The notes beneath the pieces are model-generated. The model was given only the letters and a program-made list of their open reading frames with translations, was not told where the DNA came from and made no database searches. From Opitutales bacterium (GTDB taxonomy: Bacteria > Verrucomicrobiota > Verrucomicrobiia > Opitutales > PNEW01): a stretch of 32,000 nt of DNA. Both the position numbers and the translations under genes were made by a program. Positions 8,121-15,972 of this stretch are shown in pieces. The stretch lies in NCBI GenBank assembly GCA_965219535.1, contig CBDCNV010000002.1, forward strand, positions 1,050,001 to 1,082,000. Reading direction: 5' to 3'. The number at the start of each line of letters is the position of its first letter. Within the stretch, counting starts at the first letter, position 1.

Positions 8121-9134
8121 ATGACAGAATCTTCGGTGAACGATAATAATCACCTCCGCTTAGTTAAATGGCCTTTCTACGCAGGCGATGGGCTCTTGGT
8201 ATTACTCGCGTTCCTTATAGTTGCGAATTCCGCTAAGCCACTCAGTTCGACTGCGATATCCTGGTGTGTAATTAGTGTTACATTTGGAGCCCTGGTTTTT
8301 GTCGCGCCCTTTATTCTTGAATACTTGAATTCCATTCGACTGGCGAAGAATCAGCTTCAGGAAGCGGTAGATAAGCAATTGCAAGGATTGGATACCATGC
8401 TCCAGGAGTTGGATGCTCTCTCGAGTACGCTGTCTGATCTTGCACAAAAATCAGCGAATTCCACTCAAAAGATGGAACATTTCAGGCCTGAATTGCAGAA
8501 TCAATTAAGGGAATCTCATGCCAGGATCGACAGCCTTCTCGAAAATGCCGAGGGGAAAGTTTCCACCCATGAGTCTTTAAGTGAGGTATTAAATCAACGC
8601 CTGGAATCACTGGAAAATAAAGTTAATGAGCTTGTTTCAATACAGACAGACAAGGCTGTGAGCGAGGTCATTGAGGACGAAAGTGAAAAGGGTGAGGTAG
8701 CGAAATCAGAAGAGAATGATAACGCCCAGAAACAGAATCCAGTAATCGAAGAGGATGCCAGCGCAGATAATACGCTTAATAAGGCGGTTGAGATTCCTGA
8801 CCCGGTAATTGAATTAGAGGACGATGGACAGGATACTGAAGAGGTGAGTAATCTCGTGCCAGAGAACAACAGCTCGATTACTCTTATCGCCCATCTTAAT
8901 CTCGATATTAGCAGCACCCCGTATGTTCGCGGTGAAGGGGCTGGATTAAGTTGGAACGAAGGTGTACCGATGGAATTTATTGAAATCGGAAAATGGGAGT
9001 GGACAGTCGAGAACGCTATAGAATCTACTGCCTGTCGGATTTTTAAAGATGACTCACTCGCTGCCAAGGGAGATGACATTGTGATCGAGGTAGGGGAGCG
9101 AGCTGAAGTCTATCCGGAATTTCCCGAGGAGTAA
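8121..9134 (+). CDS. Uncharacterised membrane-anchored coiled-coil protein with an acidic linker and a beta-rich C-terminal domain
   Basis: It has two hydrophobic helices (GLLVLLAFLIVANSA and WCVISVTFGALVFVAPFILEYL). These are followed by ~110 aa of heptad-like Q/L/E-rich sequence and an E/D-rich low-complexity segment. The C-terminus is ~85 aa: PYVRGEGAGLSWNEGVPMEFIEIGKWEWTV...EVYPEFPEE. No family was recognised. Confidence 0.6.
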   Translation: MTESSVNDNNHLRLVKWPFYAGDGLLVLLAFLIVANSAKPLSSTAISWCVISVTFGALVFVAPFILEYLNSIRLAKNQLQEAVDKQLQGLDTMLQELDALSSTLSDLAQKSANSTQKMEHFRPELQNQLRESHARIDSLLENAEGKVSTHESLSEVLNQRLESLENKVNELVSIQTDKAVSEVIEDESEKGEVAKSEENDNAQKQNPVIEEDASADNTLNKAVEIPDPVIELEDDGQDTEEVSNLVPENNSSITLIAHLNLDISSTPYVRGEGAGLSWNEGVPMEFIEIGKWEWTVENAIESTACRIFKDDSLAAKGDDIVIEVGERAEVYPEFPEE

Positions 9135-9202
9135 ATCCTGACTGCGGGTGCTGCTTTGGCTGATCGCAGGATAACAGAACTCCTGTTTACACTTTTCGCG
9201 CT

Positions 9203-9954
9203 CTAGGTATTTTCTTTAGCGGAGATATTATCAGGATCATATATAAAACCGACTCCGTGGATGGTGCGGAAAGCATCTAAACTATGATCATTACGTGCAA
9301 AAGATTCGCGTATTTTTACGATATACTGATCCAGCGATCGACTGCGTACGTCGGCATGAATTCCCCAGACCGCATGGATCAAACTGCGACGGGTAAGAAC
9401 AGTTCCTTCATTTGAAGCTAAGTAAGTGAGAATCCCCAGTTCTTTACGACCAATCTTTTCAGTATTCCCATTTGGAAATGCGATTTCCAAGCGGATAGGA
9501 TTTACATCTACACCGCAAAATTTAAAAACTTCCTGTGAGAGGGCGGCGTTCTTGGTTATGTGATAATCGTGAGCCGTTTCAGCGCGGCGAAGAACGGCGT
9601 GAATGCGAGCGATGAGTTCAGGAAAACTGAATGGTTTAGTGATATAATCATCACCACCCATATCTAATCCTTTCACCCGGTGGACTTCGGAATCACTGCC
9701 GGTTAGAAAAATGACCGGAACTTGAATGTTGTTCTTTTTGAGATCCTCAAGAAGAGTAAATCCGCTGGTGTCAGGAAGGTTTATATCGAGGAGAAGGAGG
9801 TTTGCAAAATTTCTTTTAAGAACCTCAATACATTAGTAGAACGATGATAGACCTGCGTCATCATCCCTCCCGCTTCAAGCTGCTCGGAAATCAAAGTAGC
9901 GAGTTCTTTCTCATCTTCAACGATGAGGATGAGTGGTTTTGGATTAGTGGCCAT
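9203..9954 (-). pseudogene. OmpR/PhoB-family response regulator, disrupted by one frame change (or affected by an assembly indel)
   Basis: The receiver N-terminus MATNPKPLILIVEDEKELATLISEQLEAGGMMTQVYHRSTNVLRFLK is in one frame, running from ATG 9954 to a stop at 9781-9783. The rest is in the -1 frame, open from 9832 down to 9203. It reads RNFANLLLLDINLPDTSGFTLLEDLKKNNIQVPVIFLTGSDSEVHRVKGLDMGGDDYITKPF and continues into a winged-helix domain (LTRRSLIHAVWG...RSLDQYIVKIR...RTIHGVGFIY). The total is 752 nt, and one added nt gives a 250-aa protein. Confidence 0.8.
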
Positions 9955-10155
9955 GACAATCGCGTTAATTCCGCATCTGATCTATAGGTAATTTTCCTTA
10001 ATCATCCCCCAGAATTATTATGACATTATCCTAGAGATATATAAAAATACTCCTATATTTACAATTTTTTTTTCAATATTTTGTAAAAATTCGGAAATCA
10101 GGGAGCTGAGAATAAGCTTGCGCGAATTGAGACCAAGCGTCATCTACTGCATATC

Positions 10156-11040
10156 GTGTCAGAAAATAAATCATTAATCATGCTGGGCCTGCCTAAAGGG
10201 AGCATGGAAGAGGCTACAATTAAGCTGTTTTCCAAAGCAGGTTGGAATATACAGCAGCGCGCTCGCTCGTACAAACCGCTCATCGATGATCCAGAGCTCG
10301 ATGGCCGATTTGTTCGCGCCCAGGAGGTCAGCCGTTATGTCGAGCAAGGATTTTTTGACGCCGGTTTGACCGGACATGATTGGATATTAGAAAACAAATC
10401 GGACGTCGTTGAAGTCTGTAGCCTGGTCTACAGCCGAAACTCAAATGTAAAGTCGCGCTACGTTCTCGCGGTACCGGAAACATCACCGATTAAGAAGGTT
10501 GAAGATTTACAGGGTAAACGCATCGCAACCGAGGTTGTCAATCTCACCGAACAATACCTGAAAGACCAGGGTATCGAGGCAGTTGTAGAATTTTCCTGGG
10601 GTGCCACCGAGGTGAAAGTTCCAGACCTTGTTGATGCTATTGTTGATATTACCGAAACCGGGAGTTCTCTGATCGCAAATAATCTGAGAATCATCGATAC
10701 CCTCTTTTGGACAGATATTAAATTTATAGCCAACAAGATTAGTTGGAATGACACGGATAAACGTCAGAAGATTGAAAATATTGCCTTGCTTCTTCAGAGC
10801 GCGCTTGAAGCGAAAAATAAGGTAGGTCTAAAACTTAACGTGCCGAAGCAAAAATCGGAATTAATTATCAAGGAACTTCCTTCGCTGCGAAATCCAACCG
10901 TCTCTCAGCTCAGTAAGTCAGATTGGGTTGCGATCGAAACAGTGCTTGATGAATCCGTTGTTCGGGAGATTATACCCCTGCTAAAATCGCACGGAGCAGA
11001 AGGGATCATCGAATACCCGCTGAATAAAGTGGTATTCTAA
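10156..11040 (+). CDS. hisG: ATP phosphoribosyltransferase, long form with a C-terminal regulatory domain
   Basis: It has [55 protein letters not shown] and a HisG_C-like tail. The start is either GTG 10156 or, more likely, ATG 10180 (MLGLPKG). Confidence 0.9.
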   Translation: MSENKSLIMLGLPKGSMEEATIKLFSKAGWNIQQRARSYKPLIDDPELDGRFVRAQEVSRYVEQGFFDAGLTGHDWILENKSDVVEVCSLVYSRNSNVKSRYVLAVPETSPIKKVEDLQGKRIATEVVNLTEQYLKDQGIEAVVEFSWGATEVKVPDLVDAIVDITETGSSLIANNLRIIDTLFWTDIKFIANKISWNDTDKRQKIENIALLLQSALEAKNKVGLKLNVPKQKSELIIKELPSLRNPTVSQLSKSDWVAIETVLDESVVREIIPLLKSHGAEGIIEYPLNKVVF

Positions 11041-11056
11041 GCTAAGCGGTCATTTT

Positions 11057-11074
11057 AAGACACCGAAGACACCG
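11057..11074. repeat. Perfect tandem duplication of a 9-mer (AAGACACCG x2)
   Basis: Positions 11057-11065 and 11066-11074 are identical. The repeat lies 17 nt after the hisG stop. Confidence 0.9.
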
Positions 11075-11222
11075 TATAACTGATGGTGACACGTGATAAA
11101 ATATTCACTTGGTTCCAGCGCCCGGGCACAATTAATGCTACTTTTAGACTTGCACCCATAAATGTATGTATGCCAGTATCTCCGCTTCATTTCATAAATG
11201 GAGTAGACTGACGTCTATTTCA

Positions 11223-11252
11223 CTGACAATTAAACATATAGAAATATATAAA
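11223..11252 (+). promoter_or_regulatory. Candidate sigma-70 promoter for rpsA (CTGACA-18 nt-TATAAA)
   Basis: CTGACA lies at 11223-11228 and TATAAA at 11247-11252. It would give a ~70-nt leader that contains the hairpin at 11274-11304. Confidence 0.4.
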
Positions 11253-11273
11253 AATCATTTTTAACCCCTAATA

Positions 11274-11304
11274 CAACCGGAGGATCAAAGCAGATCCTCG
11301 GTTG
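11274..11304 (+). promoter_or_regulatory. Stable stem-loop in the rpsA 5' leader (12 bp, one bulged G, 6-nt loop AAAGCA)
   Basis: CAACCGGAGGATC (11274-11286) pairs with GATCCTCGGTTG (11293-11304), and G11279 is bulged. The 5' arm contains GGAGGA. The hairpin ends 23 nt before the ATG, and no T-tract follows it. Confidence 0.55.
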
Positions 11305-11327
11305 AATTAATAACCGCATAAAAGATT

Positions 11328-12986
11328 ATGAGTTCCTCCATAATGGAAGAACTACTGGCTGAGAGCCAGTTTGAAAAGCTTAAGGAAGGCGCCATTATTC
11401 CCGGCACGATTACTGAAATCAGGGATAATGAAGTGGTCATTGACATCGGTGCCAAAGCCGAAGGAACGATATCCGCCTCAGAGTTTGTCGATGTTGGAGA
11501 ACTCCAAATAGGTTCTCAGATTGAAGTTTACGTCGAGAAACTTGAGGATCGTGATGGTAATCCAATTCTTTCTTACGACAAAGCAGAGCAAAAGAAAAAT
11601 TGGGAGAATATTCTCTCTAAGTGTGCAGAGGGGACTGTAGTGTCCGGTCGAGTCAGGAGCAAAGTGAAAGGTGGCCTGATCGTAAATATCGGCGTTGATT
11701 CTTTCCTGCCCGCCTCTCAGATCGATATTCAGCCACCTAAAAATCTCGATCAATACGTTGGTCAAACTTACGACTTTAAAGTTCTTAAAATTAACCAGGA
11801 ACGCCGCAATATTGTAGTTTCACGCCGCGAACTCATAGAAGAGCAGCGTGTGCATAAGCGTCGACAGCTTCTTGAAAGTGTAAAACCCGGAGATACTCGA
11901 GAGGGTGTTGTTAAGAATATCACGGACTACGGCGCATTCATTGATCTGGACGGACTGGATGGACTTCTCCACATAACCGATATGAGTTGGGGCCGCATTT
12001 CTCACCCGAGCGAGATGCTCAAGATTGGCGAAGAGGTGAAGGTCATGATAATTGAAGTCGACCGTGATCGAGAACGTGTCTCTCTTGGATTAAAACAAAC
12101 CACGTCCAATCCTTGGGAAGGTATTGAGAATCGCTATCCGCTCGATTCTAAAGTAAATGGCAAGATAGTAAATCTCGTGCCTTACGGTGCATTCGTTGAA
12201 CTTGAAGAAGGGGTAGAGGGCTTGGTACATGTCACGGAACTTTCCTGGACAAGACGAATCAATAAACCGAACGAGGTCCTTAAAGTAGGGGACGTAATTG
12301 ATTCTGTCGTCATTGGAATCCAGAAGGAAGAACAGAAAATTTCGTTAAGTGTGCGCCAGCTTGAACCCAATCCATGGGATATGGTCAGGCATAACTACCC
12401 CGCTGGAGCGCGCGTTCGTGGCAAGGTTCGCAATCTTACAAACTACGGTGCTTTTGTTGAACTCGAAGAGGGTATTGATGGCATGATCCATGTCTCCGAT
12501 ATGTCCTGGACGCGCAAGGTGAATCATCCCAGTGAATTTGTGAAAAAAGGGGATGAGATTGATGCTATTGTTTTAGACGTCGACTCAAATAATCAGCGTA
12601 TTTCGCTGGGTATAAAGCAACTTTCTTCGGATCCCTGGAGCGAGATCGATCAACTGTTCAAAATTGGTGATGTAGTAAAAGGTAAAGTAACAAAGATTAC
12701 CACTTATGGTGCTTTCATCGATCTCGGAAATGGCATTGATGGTTTGGTACATATTAGCCAGGTTAGCGAGGATCATATTGAGAAGATTAAAGATGTTCTC
12801 GAGACTGATCAGGAGGTTACCGCTCGCGTTATTAAGATCGATATCGAGGAAAGAAGAATCGGCCTGAGCATAAAAGCGGCTAATTATGATTCTGAACAAC
12901 TCGCTGCTGAAACCGCTGCATACGAAAATATAAAGAGCGACGATTTGACGAGCCTGGGTGATATTCTCGATGAAGCTACTAAATAG
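11328..12986 (+). CDS. rpsA: 30S ribosomal protein S1 (six S1 domains)
   Basis: This is a 552-aa ORF with repeated S1/OB motifs (G.V..I..YGAF+DL.G+DGL+H+S..SW) occurring six times. Confidence 0.95.
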   Translation: MSSSIMEELLAESQFEKLKEGAIIPGTITEIRDNEVVIDIGAKAEGTISASEFVDVGELQIGSQIEVYVEKLEDRDGNPILSYDKAEQKKNWENILSKCAEGTVVSGRVRSKVKGGLIVNIGVDSFLPASQIDIQPPKNLDQYVGQTYDFKVLKINQERRNIVVSRRELIEEQRVHKRRQLLESVKPGDTREGVVKNITDYGAFIDLDGLDGLLHITDMSWGRISHPSEMLKIGEEVKVMIIEVDRDRERVSLGLKQTTSNPWEGIENRYPLDSKVNGKIVNLVPYGAFVELEEGVEGLVHVTELSWTRRINKPNEVLKVGDVIDSVVIGIQKEEQKISLSVRQLEPNPWDMVRHNYPAGARVRGKVRNLTNYGAFVELEEGIDGMIHVSDMSWTRKVNHPSEFVKKGDEIDAIVLDVDSNNQRISLGIKQLSSDPWSEIDQLFKIGDVVKGKVTKITTYGAFIDLGNGIDGLVHISQVSEDHIEKIKDVLETDQEVTARVIKIDIEERRIGLSIKAANYDSEQLAAETAAYENIKSDDLTSLGDILDEATK

Positions 12987-13059
12987 CTAATTGATTATTT
13001 AGCTTTGCAGGTTCGTATTAAAATTGTTCCCACGACAGCATTTTTTCTGGCTGAGGGTT

Positions 13060-13097
13060 GAGGGATCTTGCTAAATCAGAATGATTTACTATCCCTT
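13060..13097 (+). promoter_or_regulatory. Nested imperfect hairpin between rpsA and the MFS gene
   Basis: The outer stem pairs GAGGGAT (13060-13066) with ATCCCTT (13091-13097), including one G-U pair. The inner stem pairs AAATCA (13073-13078) with TGATTT (13082-13087) around a GAA loop. There is no trailing T-tract. Confidence 0.3.
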
Positions 13098-13149
13098 CTA
13101 TCGGGTTCGCATGAAGCTGCGCTCTAGGATCTGAATAAAATCATAGATA

Positions 13150-14658
13150 ATGATGAAGCAAAATCGGTTGTTTATCGCTTGTATTGTATCTTTGGTCACA
13201 ACTTCATTTGGATTTATAATTCGCGCATTTTTGCTCACTGAATGGGGTGCAGAATTTAATCTGTCCGAGTCGCAATTAGGATCTATTCAGGGGGCGGGGT
13301 TATACCCATTTGCTTTGAGTATCATATTATTCAGCCTGATAATTGATAAATTAAGTTACGGGCGCACGATGGCTCTCGCTTGGATATGCCATATGGCATC
13401 CGCGGTTATCACGATCACCGCTACTAATTATACTGCCCTCTATTTGGGGACATTTATATTTGCTCTTGCCAATGGCGCGATTGAAGCCGCGATCAATCCG
13501 GTTATTGCGACTCTATATTCAGATAAGAAAACACATTATCTCAATATTCTCCATGCCGGTTGGCCGGGCGGATTGGTCGTCGGGGGCGTCCTGGCTATTT
13601 CCATGAGTGGGATTGATGTGAGTTGGGCGTGGCGATTGAAAATTGGACTCTTCATTATTCCCACGCTTATATATGGGTTTCTACTATTAGGTCAGAAGTT
13701 TCCTGTTCAAGAGCGAGTCACAGCTGGTGTTACCTATAAAGAAATGCTTTCCGAATTCGGCTGGATCGGGTGTCTCATATGCTGCTTCTTCATCGCCTAT
13801 GCAATAGACGAAGTTATGCTGGTCTTTCAATCGCGATTAAGCGGTGGGTGGATAGCGGGGATAACGATTATTCCCACGCTCGTTTTTGTTTCTAAAATAA
13901 AAAGCCCGGGGCGACCGGTTTTTGTTTTTCTCTTATTGGTGATGATCCTGGGCGCAACTACTGAAGTTGGGACTGACAGTTGGATTGCCGCTCTTTTGAC
14001 ACCGCTCCTTTCTGAATTGAGCCAGAATGCCGGGAATTGGGTCCTTGTTTATACCTCGCTTATTATGTTTGTCCTTAGATTTTTTGCTGGACCGATAGTC
14101 CAAAGGATATCCCCTCTCGGTCTTCTAACCGTATGTGCGGCTATCGCTTGTTTGGGTCTCTACTGTTTATCGGCTTCGACTTCCGCGCTCGTAATATTTG
14201 TCGCTGCCTCTTTTTATGGGGTGGGTAAAACCTTTTTCTGGCCGACGATGCTTGGTGTAGTATCTGAACAATTCCCAAAGGGTGGTGCTCTAACCCTCAA
14301 TGCTATTGCGGGAGTCGGCATGCTTGCCGTGGGTGTTATTGGCGGCCCACTCCTCGGCACTATTCAGGATAAATATTTAGACGCGCATCTTAAAGAAGAA
14401 CATCCATCACTTCATTCTGAAATTGCTGAAGACGAACAATCCAAGTATGGGATGTCCTATCAACCGTTAAATAAATCTAAGATAAGCCTATTAGTTGAGG
14501 CTGATAAAAAAGCGGTTGAAAAGATACGCAAAAAAAATAATCAAAGTACCCTGGCTAAAGTTGCGGTGCTGCCCCTGATGATGTTTCTTTGCTATCTGGG
14601 TCTGATCTTTTACTACAAGAAAATAGGAGGTTATAAAGTAAGAAGTTTAGACGAATAA
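13150..14658 (+). CDS. MFS-type transporter with a hydrophilic C-terminal insert and an extra terminal helix
   Basis: The protein is multi-TM throughout. It has an MFS motif-A-like loop IIDKLSYGRTMAL between TM2 and TM3. The C-terminus has a ~70-aa charged segment (DKYLDAHLKEEHPSLHSEIAEDEQ...KKNNQS) followed by a final hydrophobic helix. Confidence 0.7.
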   Translation: MMKQNRLFIACIVSLVTTSFGFIIRAFLLTEWGAEFNLSESQLGSIQGAGLYPFALSIILFSLIIDKLSYGRTMALAWICHMASAVITITATNYTALYLGTFIFALANGAIEAAINPVIATLYSDKKTHYLNILHAGWPGGLVVGGVLAISMSGIDVSWAWRLKIGLFIIPTLIYGFLLLGQKFPVQERVTAGVTYKEMLSEFGWIGCLICCFFIAYAIDEVMLVFQSRLSGGWIAGITIIPTLVFVSKIKSPGRPVFVFLLLVMILGATTEVGTDSWIAALLTPLLSELSQNAGNWVLVYTSLIMFVLRFFAGPIVQRISPLGLLTVCAAIACLGLYCLSASTSALVIFVAASFYGVGKTFFWPTMLGVVSEQFPKGGALTLNAIAGVGMLAVGVIGGPLLGTIQDKYLDAHLKEEHPSLHSEIAEDEQSKYGMSYQPLNKSKISLLVEADKKAVEKIRKKNNQSTLAKVAVLPLMMFLCYLGLIFYYKKIGGYKVRSLDE

Positions 14659-14722
14659 AAGCATCAATCGCATTCGTTATTGATACTCATCTAAGAGGAT
14701 CTGACCGAGCGTCTGTCTGCGG

Positions 14723-15745
14723 TTAATCGTTTTTCTCTTCAATTTTGGACTTGATGAACTCCTGCAATACTTCCATCTTTTGCATCTCTAAATTTTCCTC
14801 ACGTATTTCCTCTGCATTGCGTTGATGCTCTTTTTTTGTCATTGATTTCCGCATTTTTGAAAGCGCCATATTTTGAAGCTGCCGTACGCGTTCTCGCGTA
14901 ATACTGAAAATCAAGCCCACTTCCTCGAGGGTTTTTGGTTTTTCGTTATTTAAACCAAACCGCATTCGTATGATTTTAGCTTCACGCTCGTCGAGATTAT
15001 CCACCATCTTGTTAATGTCATGAATGAGCGATTTATTACGGAGATTTTCGAAGGGATTAATCGCGTTTTCATCACCGACTAAATCCCCAAATTCTGTATT
15101 ATCACCATCACCTATCGGGGCATCCAATGAGGCCGGCCTTGCACTTACAGTTTTAAGATGGGCGATTTTGTTAGCGGGCATTCCCAATTCCATCGCCAGT
15201 TCATCATCCGTAGGTTCACGTCCAAGTTCTTCCGTCAGTTCAAGAGTCATTTTCCGCATTTTCGCAATCTTGTCTACCAGGTGGACGGGCAGGCGTATCG
15301 TCTTGCTCTGATTAGCCAGCGCACGTTTAATTGACTGTTTTATCCACCATGCGGCATAGGTGCTGAGCTTGCCTCCTTTATCCGGATCGAAACGCTCGAC
15401 TGCCTTGATTAATCCAATATTACCTTCACTTATCAGGTCAAGGAGAGGGAGACCGAAGTTTGTATAATCATGTGCAATTTTTACCACCAGTCTAAGATTG
15501 GCGTGAATCATACTTTTACGTGCGGCCGCATCACCTTTTTGAATGCGTCGAGCAAGCTTAACTTCTTCCGCTGGTTTTAAAAGAGGGACTCTTCCGATTT
15601 CCTGTAAATAAAGTTTGATCGCGCTTGTATCAGATGCTGGCAACTTATCTTTAACCTCTGCCTTATCGAGTGCCGACCCCAGCTGTCTCGATACTACAAT
15701 ACTTATGTCCTCGGTATTAGGTTTATTGTTTTTTTTAATACCCAT
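14723..15745 (-). CDS. RNA polymerase sigma factor, sigma-70 family group 1/2 (RpoD/RpoS-like, compact, 340 aa)
   Basis: Region 1.2 is YLQEIGRVPLL. Region 2 is ANLRLVVKIAHDY...DLISEGNIGLIKAVERFDPDKGGKLSTYAAWWIKQSIKRA. Regions 3 and 4 include TLEEVGLIFSITRERVRQLQNMAL. There is no long region 1.1. Confidence 0.9.
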   Translation of the reverse strand: MGIKKNNKPNTEDISIVVSRQLGSALDKAEVKDKLPASDTSAIKLYLQEIGRVPLLKPAEEVKLARRIQKGDAAARKSMIHANLRLVVKIAHDYTNFGLPLLDLISEGNIGLIKAVERFDPDKGGKLSTYAAWWIKQSIKRALANQSKTIRLPVHLVDKIAKMRKMTLELTEELGREPTDDELAMELGMPANKIAHLKTVSARPASLDAPIGDGDNTEFGDLVGDENAINPFENLRNKSLIHDINKMVDNLDEREAKIIRMRFGLNNEKPKTLEEVGLIFSITRERVRQLQNMALSKMRKSMTKKEHQRNAEEIREENLEMQKMEVLQEFIKSKIEEKND

Positions 15746-15800
15746 AATCGTATTAGGACACCGTCTATTGTATTTCGTTCTTTTTTATTAATACACTTGA

Positions 15801-15830
15801 ATTATAACCGAATTGACCACTTCTTGGCAA
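15801..15830 (-). promoter_or_regulatory. Candidate sigma-70 promoter for the sigma-factor gene (TTGCCA-18 nt-TATAAT)
   Basis: On the minus strand, TTGCCA lies at 15830-15825 and a perfect TATAAT at 15806-15801. This is ~55 nt upstream of the ATG at 15745. Confidence 0.5.
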
Positions 15831-15972
15831 TGGGTATTAAAATCCGTGCTAAACGATCGGTCACGATAGCATAATACGTTGGTCATCAACATATATGAAC
15901 GTTAGGGAGATTTTCAGGTAGCTTTTGCGCAATGGCTTTTTAAGGGAAAACCTATCCCTTCACACTACTCTT

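Noticed and set aside
9135-9202. A possible bidirectional terminator lies between the convergent hypothetical gene and the response regulator (ATCCTG...CAGGAT).
   Set aside because: Only a 6-bp stem with a ~26-nt loop can be formed, and there are no flanking T/A tracts.
10101-10150. GGGAGCTGAGAATAAGC... upstream of hisG is superficially reminiscent of the CTGAGA core of a TPP riboswitch.
   Set aside because: The partner ACCTGATCTGGATAATGCCAGCG-type segment is absent, and so is the helix architecture. The gene context (hisG) does not fit, and only a 5-bp GCTTG/CAAGC stem can be drawn.
15943-15961. A small hairpin AAGGGA-N7-TCCCTT lies just downstream of the trpE stop and could be a terminator.
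   Set aside because: It has only 6 bp. On the transcribed (minus) strand it is followed by AAAAAGCC rather than a U-tract. The T-run is on the wrong side.
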